Shown: positions 1-14,300 of the stretch, piece by piece | Numbering within the stretch: the first letter of the stretch is position 1 | How the letters are laid out: each line of letters begins with the position of its first letter | Source of the DNA: Eledone cirrhosa | Lineage: Eukaryota | DNA length: 64,000 bases | Reading direction: 5' to 3' | Assembly: GCA_964016885.1 (NCBI GenBank) | Contig: OZ024746.1 | Location: 7,006,001-7,070,000 of the forward strand | The notes under the pieces: model-generated | The model's input: only the letters and a program-made list of their open reading frames with translations | What the model was told of the DNA's origin: nothing | The model's database searches: none | Position numbers and translations under genes: made by a program

Positions 1-121
1 TCTTTACTCATCCATCAGATCTAACAGTAGAAGTGTGTGTTATGTTAATAAAATTGAGTGATGTCATGATAAAATGTAATTGGTAGAGAGTGACAAGATT
101 TTGTGAGATGTGGGCCCCCAG

Positions 122-305
122 CCTACCTGAGTACAGAAACATGAGATGTGCACAGCCCTACATGAGTACAGAAACATGAGTTAGATGTGCACAGTCCTAC
201 CTGAGTACAGAAACAAGATGTGCACAGCCCTACATGAGTACAGAAACATGAGTTAGATGGGCACAGCCCTTCCTGAGTACGGAAACATGAGATGTGCACA
301 GCCCT
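122..305. repeat. Minisatellite, about 37-42 bp unit
   Basis: CAGCCCTACATGAGTACAGAAACATGAGATGTGCA, about 4.5 copies. Confidence 0.9.
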
Positions 306-2218
306 ACCCCTGCCCCATCTGCTAGTAGAGAAATGGATGTGAAATGATGATGCCACGTGAACTAAAATGAATCTCACAAGATAGCTGTTAATGTTTAGTC
401 AGCCATGATCAAGCAGGCACTCCAGCTATGACTCTACCCACTTTGGGGGGGGGGGGGGGGGGTACAATGGCCCTTAGACAACAAGGCAGCTGTTGTTGAT
501 GTTAAGCCCTTGGTTAGCTATGACTGTACCATCTTTCTCCCGAGGTACAATGCACCTAGGACTCCACTTTCCAACATGTCCTTCTTTTTTAATGTAATAG
601 AAACAAAAATCGAGTTTACTTAACCCAAGACAGAAAACCAGCGAGAGTAAAAGCTGGTAGTTTCAGTTGCAAGAGTTATACGTACATGTTTTCAACTGAG
701 TCTCACTTGTAAGGGGTAGAAATTAAATAGAATTAATAAGCAATTGAATAAACACATGTAGGACACGCTATAAAGTGGATGGTTTTAGGAAGGGCATCCA
801 GCTAAACAAAGGACTGGGGGGATCCTTTGGTTATGTCTAGGATATGACAACCCTAGTGTTGGTGATCTACACAATAAAAGCAACCAGTACATGCTGTAAA
901 GTGGTTGGTGTTAGGAAGGGCATCCAACCGTAGAAAGCTTGCTAAACAAGGGGTTAGCAGGACCCTTTAGTATGTATCAAAAGACACGGTAACTTCCCCT
1001 CTGCACTTGATAATGACCTTCTCGACCTGTCTGGGAGGTCAGTGGTCCTGCTTCACTACTGATTTGGTCTATGTAAACGCATGAACCCGTGCTAACAGGG
1101 AAAGCAGACGTTAAATGATGATGAAATTTAACCCATGACTAAAAGAAAAGTTACGAAGTCGCTAATATTAATAAGTACATTCTTTTTTTCAAGTTGTCCA
1201 AGGGAGAGAACTCTGAAATTTCAATTTATTGAAAATTCCATTTTATTCAGTGCACTTGACATTTTTAATGCAGAAGGCACCCATAGGAAACTTTTTTTAA
1301 TGATTATATGAATCTGATTCAATTAATTTAACTGTTAACTAATCGCATTAGTAGACATTCTTAAAAAATGACTGAATCACATTAAAAATTGAAGATTTTA
1401 CTCTAATACTGAACAATTTCAAAGAACTGTCCACTAGTAAAGACATTATAAATATTTGAATTAACAAACCCACATTTAGTTATTTTCTGCTAAATCAGCT
1501 TGATGTCCTTTCTATCACCAACCAGTTTACAGAGTGTACTGGATGTATTTATCAGGATGTTAAGAGTTAAACACTTGTTTCTGCTCAGTTGTTTTATTCT
1601 GACTATTGATATAGAAATTAGATGTAAGCTTTGCACTGTATTATTTCAATTACCATATTCTTGTGTTATACTGTGTAGTTTTTTCACTTTATTCCTTGTT
1701 TTTTTTTGTGGGGTGATGTGCGGTATACATCCATAACTAAATGCTATATCCTCTACTTAATATAATCAGCAGGTTATTGTTATTTAAAAGGATCTATCCC
1801 AAAATGACCCCAGTGACTTCCATAATATAATAAAAATAAAATCTGATATTTACTATTATAAATAAACAGAAGTGATGAGTATAGATGTTGATTGTGGAGT
1901 GAAAAGGTGCCAAGAAATCCCAGTAGGAGGGAGCTACAGTAGAGAAAAACCAAGGAAGGGCAGAGGTTGTCATAACTGAATCTCATGGTCGTGTTGATGA
2001 AGGACTACAATGAAGGTAAGTAGAGAAAAACGGACGTAAAACGGTCGTAATGATGATGAATTACAATCCTGTGGTTGGTGTTAAGAAGGGGATCCAGCCA
2101 AAAATGGAGACTATGAGCCAAGATGTGGTCACTCGGTCTGTCTAGCCTCATAACATGACAACCCATGCAAGCATAGAAATTAAGACATTAAACAGTGATG
2201 ATGATGATGAGTACAAAC

Positions 2219-2360
2219 CTCCTTCTAAAAGACGTACTCCCATTGGAGACACTTGGACAATATATTTATTATCTCCTATGTTTCCAGCAAATACAGTCGG
2301 CGTTTGTGTACTAAAACCGCTGTGGTCAAGTTCCATAATTTCTTGACCAGTCTGTAATAT
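2219..2360 (-). CDS. CPSF1: CPSF1 coding exon 17
   Basis: [47 protein letters not shown]. Confidence 0.95.
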
Positions 2361-5300
2361 CTAGGAAGATAAACAAACAAATAATAATATAAATAAAACT
2401 AAATTGTCTCACATCGCTCAGTTAACCCTTTCATTTCCATATTTCTAATCAAAATGGTGCCTAGGATTTTCAAATAATTATGAAAATAATCAAAAGTTTG
2501 AAAAGGTTTGGTAATATAGCTAACTTTCTCGTTATTATGTTGCTGTTTATGGTGGTGGATTGGCAGTAATTGGTAGAGTATCGGACACCATACTTTGAGG
2601 CATAGACTTCTGAGTTCAATTCCTGTCAAGATTAGCTTTGCCTTTCATCCTTACGGGGTCAATAAAATAAAGTACTAGTAACACATTGGGGCCGATTTAA
2701 TCAACTGTCCCCTTCCTTTCAAATTGCTGGCCAGGTGCCAAATATAGAAACAATTATTATATTGGTGTTTGGACCAGCAAAGGTTTTAACATAAAATTAA
2801 GCTGGAAGGTTTTTAGATAAATCTAATCACTTTATAATAAACAGCTTAGTAACAATAAAAGGCAGTTTCGTAAAAGTTGAAGAGTGAACAATAATAAATA
2901 GCTACCATTATTAAGCTAATGTCATTAAGGGCGGTGGATTGGCAGTATTGGGAGAGGGTCGGACGCCATGCTTTGACGTATAGAGTTACGACCTTTGCCA
3001 TTCTGAGTTCAAATCCCGCTGAGGTTAACTTTGCCTTTCATCCTTACGGGGTCGATAAAATAAAGTACCAGTAATGCACTGGGTAATTGCTGGCCTTGTG
3101 CCAAAAGTAGAAACAATTATTAAGCTAGTGGAACATAACTTAAAGGTTTTTACATAAAATTATGATGGAAGGTTTTTATATAAATCTAAACACTTTAAAA
3201 CAATCAGCCTGATATTGTCGAAGGGCCAGTTACAGGTGGCTTAGTATCAAAAGGCTACCATATATACTCAAATAAAAACCAAGGAATGTGTAACCAAAAA
3301 CTTTGTTTAAATCGATGGTAAAATGGGGGAGGGGAGTTGGCGTATATACACCATCTAAACAATGTTTGATTAGCAGCCTCAGTTTATAAACGGAGCTTGG
3401 ATTTTCGCCCATTTTGCAGACATAAAATGGGGGGAATTATATTCAAGTATATACAGTAGTTTAATTTAATACAAAACATTCTGGTAGAACCATAAAATGG
3501 GGGTGGGGGTACTCAAGTATATTCAGAGTTGCTGAAGCATTTAACAAACTCCCTGCATCAGTTATTAGCTGTCAAGACACTGCATCCTTTAAAACCTCCA
3601 TGGAACAAACTCCCTGCATCAGTTATTAGCTGTCAAGACACTGCATCCTATAAAACCTCCATGCTTCCTGAGATTCGCCAGCACTACACCTGACATCCCC
3701 CCTCCATACACACGCACACATGTATATCATGACTCACACACTATTCACTTCCCTGACATTTATATATTATTCTATGTACTATACATGCACCTTTGATGAA
3801 TTGTAATGCACCTGAGCACTGTACACAATAATATTATTATTATTATTATATACAGTAGTTTAATTTACTACAAAACAGTCTGGTAGAACCATAAAAAATA
3901 CAACAAAAGAAACAAATAAAAAAGAATATAAAAAACTTACCATACTTGAGTCATTTTTACTTAGTATTAAAAATGTATGACCATCTTCAATATCTTCTTC
4001 AGGTATTTTACCATCTTTTTGCTGTGGATCTTCATTGGCACCTTTTTTATCGTCACTTTTCTCTTCGTTTTCATCTTTTAACTAAGAATGAAAAGAAAAA
4101 AATTATTTTTCCCATTTTATACATTTTCAAATTCATAACTTGAAAACAAATCCCACAAATTAGAAATTAAATTGATAATTTAAATACTGTGTGTGTGTGT
4201 GTGTGTGTAAGTATGTGTGTGTGTGTGTGTAAGTGTGTGTGTATGTGTAAGTCTGTGTGTGTATGTGTGTGTCCCAGTTTTTAAAAGAATGTGGTAGAAA
4301 GGCTGAGTCATATCAACATTTAGATTCCCTCCTTCTCCAGCCAATATACCCCCATCCTCCTTCCAGCCAATATACCCCCCACCCTCATTCTCCAGCCAAT
4401 ATACCCCCCACCCTCCTTCTCCAGCCAATATACCCCCCACCCTCCTTCTCCAGCCAATATACCCTCACCCTCCTTCCAGCAAATATACCCACCCACCCTC
4501 CTTCTCCAGCCAATATACCTCCCACCCTCTTTCTCCAGCCAATATACCCCCCTCTATTCCACCTCCCACCACTCCTTCTCCCCACCCACTGTTAATGCCC
4601 TGCTGGAATACACCCAATGTACTCTGCAAATGGTGGCACTGATGCCATGATAAAATACACCCTGCTCACTCTGTGAAGTTGTAGTGCCAGTGCCACAATA
4701 AAATGCACCCAGCTCACTCTGTAAAGTGGTAATGCTGGTATTACAATACACCCAGTAGACGCTGTAAAGGGCATCCAGCCATAGAAACGATATCAAGCTG
4801 AAATATATGAGCAGGACAAGACCATACAACCTATCTCATCTCAGAACAACTCATCAAACTTAGGCCAGCATGAAAACAGACCTAAAATAGGACTCTTGCT
4901 AGCAGGAAACGTTTGTTAAATTCACAACAAAGCACAGATCCCTGGCTTGTCTGGGAGATCAATAGTCTTGCTTCAGTACTAACTTGGTCTATATAGACCC
5001 ATCCAACACTTGCTAACAGGAAAAATTCTGTTAAATTCACAAGATTTACATATGTCAAGTACGTGCATTTCCCTGGGAAAATGGTGAACTGACAAACTTA
5101 ATGAAGTAATAACTCCCAAGGCATTTGTCAGTCTGAAGCTAGAGTAAAAACACTTACTCAAGGTGTCATGGTAAAAAATTAAAGGTAAAACTGATTTTAT
5201 TCCCTTCACTGTTACTAAAAGGATTATTTGATATCAGTTAATATGAGAATCTCATTAAAATAAACTCACATCTGGTTTCAAAATATCGTCATCTATTATT

Positions 5301-8300
5301 GAATCTGCTTTATTTCCAAATACTGTCCACATATCCAAACAACCAAACAGCTCAAATGTTGTGACAACTTGAGGACGGATACTCCGCTGAAATATTTAAC
5401 AGTTATATCAATAAATTTCATCTCCAGTGAAATATTTAACAGTTATACTAATAAATTTCATCTCCAGCGAAATATTTAACAGTTATACTAATAAATTTCA
5501 TCTCCAGCGAAATATTTAACAGTTATACTAATAAATTTCATCTCCGCTGAAATATTTAACAGTTATATTAAAGATTTCACCTCCACTGAAATATTTAACA
5601 GTTATATCAATAAATTTCATCTCCAGTGAAATATTTAACAGTTATAGTAAAGATTTCATCTCCAGTGAAATATTTAACATAGTTATAGTAAAGATTTCGT
5701 TTCCAGTGAAATATTGAACAGTTATAGTAAAGATTTCATCTCCAGTGAAATATTGAACAGTTATAGTAAAGATTTCATCTCCAGTGAAATATTTAACAGT
5801 TATAGTAAAGATTTCATCTCCAGTGAAATATTTAACATAGTTATAGTAAAGATTTCGTTTCCAGTGAAATATTGAACAGTTATAGTAAAGATTTCATCTC
5901 CAGTGAAATATTTAACAGTTATAGTAAAGATTTCATCTCCAGTGAAATATTTAACATAGTTATAGTAAAGATTTCATCTCCAATGAAATATTTAACAGCT
6001 ATAGTAAAGATTTCATCTCCAGTGAAATATTTAACAGTTATAATAAAGATTTCATTTTATTTTTCTTGATTGAATCCTAAAAATGAATTTAACATTAGAG
6101 ACACAACCTCTTATATTACTGGTACCATGGAAACCACTGTTTATTGTGAACACTTGAGGACAAAACCTTTTAGATAACAATAACTAGCTGATAACATTAA
6201 ACAGAGGATAGAATAATATGCAGAGCTTTGATTCTTATAAGCAACTGATATCCATTATAATTACAAAACACCTACAACATCATATAAACACTTCTCGTTT
6301 GATCTCCATAATGATGACAGTGGTTGTGTAGACTTAAAATATTTTCATCACAATATCCAGTTTTGATTCTAAGCAGATAATTTAAAATTTGTTTAAAAAC
6401 AAAGTTTCAGGTTGTCTGATTTTTATAATAAACTGTTTGATAACATTAACCATAATAATAATAGTTTCTGATTGAGGCAGAAGACTATTGGAAGGGGAAA
6501 GTTAATTATATCTGTGATAGTTGCTGATTGGTATCTGTCATACAATATCAACTCCAGTATTTTACTGGTACTTTATTTTATCAACTCCCCAGAAAGATAG
6601 AGTTGACCTCTCCATGATTTAAACTCAGAACATAAAGAGCTGTAACTCAATGCTACAAAATATTATGTTCAATGCTCTCAACTAAAAACTAACATCTGTA
6701 AGAATTAAATGTTTTTCTCACCTGCAAAACTGATAAAGCACCATTTTTACTGTAGCCAGATGTTGTTACAAGTTCCAGATCAGGATCTATAGTATTACAA
6801 AACTCTTCAGAAAGAAAAGCAGGTTCTCCCATCACCATTCTTCCACATGGACCAATGTTGAGGATACTGTCACAAACCTATTTGGATCAGAAAGAAGCAA
6901 TCATTTCAAATAATAACAGGACAGGTTCATATTGGTAAACAGATAACAACAACAACCAGTCTGCCCTGCAAGATGGTTTTGCTGGTGCCATGACAAAAAG
7001 CACCCAGGCCACCCTGTAATGTGCTAGTGGTGGTGCCACAAAAAACACCCAAGCCTCTCTGTAAAGTGCTAGTGGTGGTGCCACAAAAAACACCCAAGCC
7101 TCTCTGTAAAGTGCTAGTGGTGGTGCCACAAAAAACACCCAAGCCTCTCTGTAAAGTGCTAGTGGTGGTGCCACAAAAAACACCCAAGCTTCTCTGTAAA
7201 GTGCTAGTGGTGGTGCCACAAAAAAACTCCCAGTACTTGCTGTAATGTAGTTGGCATCAGGAAGGGAGTCTAGCCATAGAAAACCAAGCTCAAAACAGAT
7301 TTGTACGACCAAGATGGGCTCATCTGATATGGCAATCCTCATGATATAACCTGCCTAAACCAATCAAGGAAATTGATGACAACGATGAGTTCTCTTGGCA
7401 GGAACAATATGGACGGCAGCTTAGAGCACAACCTACTTCAGTATAGCTAGATAGAACATAAGTTCAAAAGTCTTCAGACAAACACATTCCTCAAAATCTG
7501 TATTATTTATTTAATCAATTTAAACGTCTCTATAGAGCTAGTAAGCTATGACAGACTAGAAGTATCTAGTACTTATTACAGTTGAAACATAAAATTTAAT
7601 AAGCGGGGCGAGGGGTATTCGAGACCTAAAAGTACATCCACTTTTCCATGCCGGCATGGGTTGGACGGGATGTTTTAAGACAATGTTTTACAGTCAGATG
7701 CTCTTCCTGATTCCAACCCTTTTAGTTGCATCTTACAACACATAGGGACACGATGCACCTAATCTAAAAACTGGACTACACATTTCTGATCATAGGTCAG
7801 CTAGATCAGGGATGACATGTTCACTAAATAACAAGATTATATAAGAAAGGAAGTTTACCTCAAAAGTGAATGAAGTGATGGTAGTTCCACTGATGGTATC
7901 TCCTTCACCATACACCTCCAATTCATCAAGATCATCAATTTGTGAGACATCAGAGGCTGTCAAAAATAGAAACTATTATTGTTAAATTGCTACATGTGTT
8001 TAGAAAGCCATACAATATAAGTGGAGTAGGTTACCAAGGTAATATGTGTGTTTAGTTAGAAAGCTGCACACTGTAAGTGGGTCAGGTTACCAAGGTAACA
8101 AGTCTATGTATGTGTTTAGAAAGCCATATGTTGATAGTAGACGTGAAACAGTGATGATGTAGATGATGATGATAAACTGTGAATGTTCTAAAGTCTGTTT
8201 CAAGCCAGGAGGCTCATTAGGCCAGTGCTTATCACAGTTTATGGTGTTTTTCATAAGAAATATCATAACAAAAGGATTAACCCTTTAATATTCAAACCAG

Positions 8301-11300
8301 CCAAAACCAGCCAGAATTCTCTACCTCTTTCTGATGAAACTGGCTGTAACTGGCCACTCATACTGATGTTAAGGTATTGTTCTCAAAATAAATACTTTCA
8401 AAATCTCGATATTATGTGAGATAATTATGCGAGGTAAAGCCTTTACCATGAAAATATAATAGTATATATAGAATAATGTGAATGCTAAAGGGTTAAATAT
8501 AATGTAAAGAAATGACAGAGTTTAGAGATTAACTAACCCATGACTTCAGAGTTATCAATTTTTTTCTTCTTACAGGGTGGATCACTCTGAAACAAAAACA
8601 ACAGAAATACCTTTATGTTTCATTGATATTTTAAGGAAAATAAGAGAAAAGCAAAGATTTTATGGTTCATGGCTTTACTTTCAAACAGAACATAGTTTTA
8701 CTGTGATAACAGAACATAGCTTTACTTTCAAACAGAACATACCTTTACTGTCAAACATAACAGAGCTTTACTGTCAAACATAACATACCTTTACTGTCAA
8801 ACATAACATACCTTTACTGTCAAACATAACAGAGCTTTACTTTCAAACAGAACATAGCTTTACTGTCAAACATAACATAGCTTTACTTTCAAATAGAACA
8901 GAGCTTTACTTTCAAACAGAACATAGCTTTACTTTCAAACAGAACATACCTTTACTGTCAAACATAACAGAGCTTTACTTTCAAACAGAACATAGCTTTA
9001 CTTTCAAACAGAACATAGCTTTACTGTCAAACATAACAGAGTTTTACTGTCAAACAGAACATAGCTTTACTTTCAAACAGAACATACCTTTACTGTCAAA
9101 CATAACAGAGCTTTACTTTCAAACAGAACATAGCTTTACTGTCAAACAGAACATAGCTTTACTGTCAAACATAACATAGCTTTACTTTCAAACATAACAT
9201 AGCTTTACTTTCAAACAGAACATAGCTTTACTGTCAAACAGAACATAGCTTTACTGTCAAACAGAACATAGCTTTACTGTCAAACAGAACATAGCTTTAC
9301 TGTCAAACAGAACATAACAAAATAGAACAGATATCTCACCTTTTTGCCATCAGCGTCAACTTTATTACTGCAAGCTTCAAGCATTTTTTCCGTGTATTTC
9401 AAAAGTAGGGAGTTACCAAGTCGAGACCCCAAAAATAGATAACCTTCTTCACATTGACACATCTGTCAAAAATAGGGAGAAAAAAAAACACATTTTAACA
9501 AAATTTTATTCTTTTGAAACGTTGCAAAACTAAATTCAGTTAACTAAATAGACCCCCGCCAGTAAGTTATCAGAAATTCTTTTATAAATAATCTAGAAGA
9601 TTATAACATAAAAACTGACTCTGACAAGATTTTACTTTTTGACCAAAAGGAGTCAAAACTAAATATTCAATGTATTTAGTCCAGTACTATACTACTACCA
9701 CAACATCATTTAGTCCAGTACTATACTACTACAACACCATTTAGTACAGTACTATACTACCATAACACCATTTAGTTCAGTATTATACTACCACAACACC
9801 ATTTAGTTCAGTACTATACTACCACAACATCATTTAGAACACTACTATACTACAACACCATTTAGTACAGTACTATACTACCATAACACCATTTAGTTCA
9901 GTATTATACTACCACAACACCATTTAGTTCAGTACTATACTACCACAACACCATTTAGTACAGTACTATACTACTACAACACCATTTAGTTCAGTACTAT
10001 ACTACCACAACACCATTTAGTACAGTACTTTACTGCCTTATCTAACACCATTTAGTCCAGTACTATACTACTACAACACCATTTAGTCCAATACTATACT
10101 ACCACAACACCATTTAGTACAGTACTTTACTGCCTTATCTAACACCATTTAGTACAGTACTATACTACCACAACACCATTTAATACAGTACTTTACTACC
10201 TCATCTAACACCATTTAGTCCACTACTATACTACCACAACACCATTTAGTCCACTACTATACTACCACAATACCATTTAGTACAGTACTTTACTGCCTCA
10301 TCTACCATTTAGTTCAGTACTATACTACCACAACACCATTTAGTCCAGTACTATACTACTACAACACCATTTAGTACAGTACTATACTAACACAACACCA
10401 TTTAGTCCAGTACTATACTACTACAACACCATTTAGTACAGTACTTTACTGCCTCATCTAACACCATTTAGTCCAGCATTGTAAATGTGTTTGGCATTGG
10501 GAAAGGTTGGATGCCCTTCCAAATTCCAACCACATTTACAATGCTGGACTGGGTGCTTTTTTGTTGTGACTCCTACATGAACACTTTACAGTGTGGACTG
10601 GGGACTTGGATGGGGAAGGTCATGGAGATTGAGGAAGTAAATCTAGGAACATGGGTGAGGGGTGAGGTGTTAGGATGTGGGAGGTGTATGGAAGGGGTGA
10701 TAGAGGGGAAGGTGGGGCATACTTTTCAGCTGACCCTCGTATTTCATTAGAAATATAGTAATGATAACAGTAGAAGAGAGAGAAAGAAAACTTACACATG
10801 TAGTAAGGACACTAGAAGCAGCTTTGTCAAAATGAAAACTCTTCACACTCCTCATGCCATCAACAACCAATGTTAAGACATACCTGAAATAAATGAAATA
10901 ATCAGGTAAATAAACATTTAACTGATTTTAGACGGAGATGGGGGGGAGGGGGTTAAAACAGTTCTTTAAGAAATAACAACAACAACAACAGCAACAAGCG
11001 TTTTAGGGACATTTACTCTACTAAAGCAGAAGTTAGCCTTGCAGAGCCCCGTGACAAACTTCTCCATTTCGTCCTATCATCTGCACCCACCCTCACAAAC
11101 ACCTGGGTATCATTTTCTCCTCCATCGTCCTTACCCAGGGCTTTCTTAGGTCTTCTCCTTCCCTCTACTTCCTTCCACATTCATTTCCATCTCTCTTCTA
11201 ACTTTTCATCCTTCCTCAACACATGACTCAACCACCTCAATCCATTTCTCTTCACATCACTGGCTCTATTCCTCTCACCCAGTCACTGCCATTCTTCCTC

Positions 11301-14300
11301 AACACATGACCAAGCCATCTCCTCACAACAACACTGGCTCTATTCCTCTCACCCAGTCATGTGCCATCCTTCCTCAACACATGACCAAGCCATCTCCTCA
11401 CAACATCACTGGCTCCTTTCCTCTCACCCAGTCACTGCCATCCTTCCTCAACACATGACCAAGCCATCTCCTCACAACATCACTGGCTCCTTTCCTCTCA
11501 CCCAGTCACTGCCATCCTTCCTCAACACATGACCAAGCCATCTCCTCACAACATCACTGGCTCCTTTCCTCTCACCCAGTCACTGCCATCCTTCCTCAAC
11601 ACATGACCAAGCCATCTCCTCACAACATCACTGGCTCCTTTCCTCTCACCCAGTCACTGCCATCCTTCCTCAACACATGACCAAGCCATCTCCTCACAAC
11701 ATCACTGGCTGTATTCCTCTCACCCAGTCACTTTCATCCTTAAGAAAGACAAATAAATATATATACTTACAGTTCTCCCCCTTTCAGTGATAAAACTAAT
11801 TTATCAAATGAGATCAGTGTTGCTTGGCAACAGTCCATGGCAATTCGAACACCTTCTTGGGGTTCTAAAAAACATAAAATATTATGAGTCTTTTCAGAAA
11901 TTAACTCTTAACGGCCTGTACCACATGAAGCCGCATTAACAAAACATTCTTAAAAAGTTCAAAACCACATTATTACTGCATTATGTTAAAAAGTAAAGTG
12001 TTTACTCTAATACTGCAAATTTTCACAACAATCTGTCCACTAATAAAGATACAATGCCATAAACATCTTAATTAATCCATTGACTCCATTTTGTTTTAAG
12101 AAAGACAAGATGAAGTAAGCAGATTTAGACCAAAAAGAAGAGAAGACACAGAGAAGAAGAACAAATTGTCATTGAGGAGGTCACATAATGTGTGACAAAA
12201 GAGCTTTGACAAAATAACCAACAACTAATGATAATAAAGCTGAAAGTCAATAGTCCCTAAATATAAAAATAACAAAATAAAATGTATGTATTCATCTGAT
12301 ATAAATATGCAGAGCTAAAATATAGAACCATTGGATTTTAAGACCAGTTCTCTATAATTAAATACTATCATATTCTATTTTATCCACTCATGTCTCTAGA
12401 ATGGCCATATAATACACATGTATGGTAGCGTAATTCCAGAGCAAGTTATTGACATACATGTTTCAACCTAGTGGAACCCATCTCCACGTCTAAATACAGC
12501 AGATTTCTTCCAGAGAACGATAGAGAGAGAGAGAGAGAGAATGGAAGTGAGACAAAGATATAGAGGAAGAATCAACCCCAGTATTAGACTGGTACTTTTT
12601 TTATCGACCTTGAATGGATGAAAGGTGAAGTTGACAGGATTTGAACTCAGAGAACAGAGAACTATAACAAATACTGCAAAGCATTCTATCTGATGTTCTA
12701 ACATCTCTGCTAATATCATACACAATATAACTTTAAAGACTATTTAATAAAGATATTACATAAATGAAAACTTTCCAAAAATACCAACTTACTGAGAGGA
12801 AATGCTGTACAGGAAAGTGCAATACTATTTAATGAAACACCATAAGGTGGTACACTTTGGTTCAAATATAAAAGAGAATTCACTGCAAACACAACAACGC
12901 CACCTGTTGGAATAAAAACAGATAATGAAAGGAAAATTATATTTTATGATTTTGATTAATATCTTACATTGGACAAATATTGTTAACTTGTCAGGAAATA
13001 GGTAAAAATCAATCAATTAAAAATTAATTGAAAGGAAAAAATTCATTCCATCAAGATTTGAACCTTTTTTGTGACCATCCAATGCAAGTAGGACAGAAGT
13101 GAACCATAAAACAGTTTACACTTTTACCTTTAATTCATATTTAAAGGATTAAGAACACCCCCATCCCCCACCCACCACCCAACACACACACACACTCTTA
13201 AGAATTTCAAGACACTATAATGAACACTTACCTATCGGTTTAGGGATTGGTAAAGCACAGAAACAGTCGAAGGGTAAGTTTGTTAATGACCATATAACAG
13301 GGTGTACTTTCTGTTGAATATTTAAAGAAATAGCCACAATACTGCAAGTATCTGTTCGTACAGCGGTCCGCCTAAAAATATACATCATTTTAAAATATAT
13401 GACAAATTGACACATTTCAGAAAATAATTGCATTTTCTTAGACAACCAATAATGGTTTCTGATTTAGGCACAAGGCCAGCGATTTTAGGGGAGGAGAAAG
13501 TCAATTAAAACGACCCCAGTGTATTACTGGTATGTTATTTTATCAACTCCATAAGGAATAACAAGCTAAACATGTTTATTATTATAATTAACAGTGGATT
13601 GGCTGTATCGTTACAGCGTTGAACATGCTTCATAGCATAGAGTTACGTCCCTTTACGTTCTGAGTTTAAATCCCGTGAGGTTAGCTTTGCTTTTCATCAA
13701 ATAAAATGCCAGTAACGCACGGGAGTCAATTTAATCGACTTTCTCCTCCCCCAAATCTATTGTAGAAACCAATATTACAACCCTCATACTTAACTGGTAC
13801 TTTATTTTATCTGGAGTTAATAAAATATAATACCAAGTTGATAATAGACGTTCCCTAAATTGCTGGCCTTGTGCCAAAATGAAAATTATTACAATTAACA
13901 ATAAACTATCAAAGTAATTAGTATAAACGAATCAACATATTATCATTTCAGTTAAACAGATGAACAATCTTACTAAGTAAAACTTTATCTCACTTACCCT
14001 GACCAGGTTTGTAGAGGTTCATACAAGATAAATATTGTTGGTTCATAATAACCATGTAAAAACTGAATGTCTAAAACATTTGTGATTTTCTCATCCATGG
14101 AACGAAGATCAATTAAATAGGAGGAGAGGATTGGTGGTTTACTGAAATAAAGAAAATCTCCCACAATAGTTCATTAAATTTTTTTTTTAAATTATTAACA
14201 TTCATTATTCAGAAAAAGAGAGGCGAGAGAACATATGGAAATCTTTATATCATTTTATAGGTCCTTAGTAAGACCCCCTTAGTGTGAGACCCAACCATGG

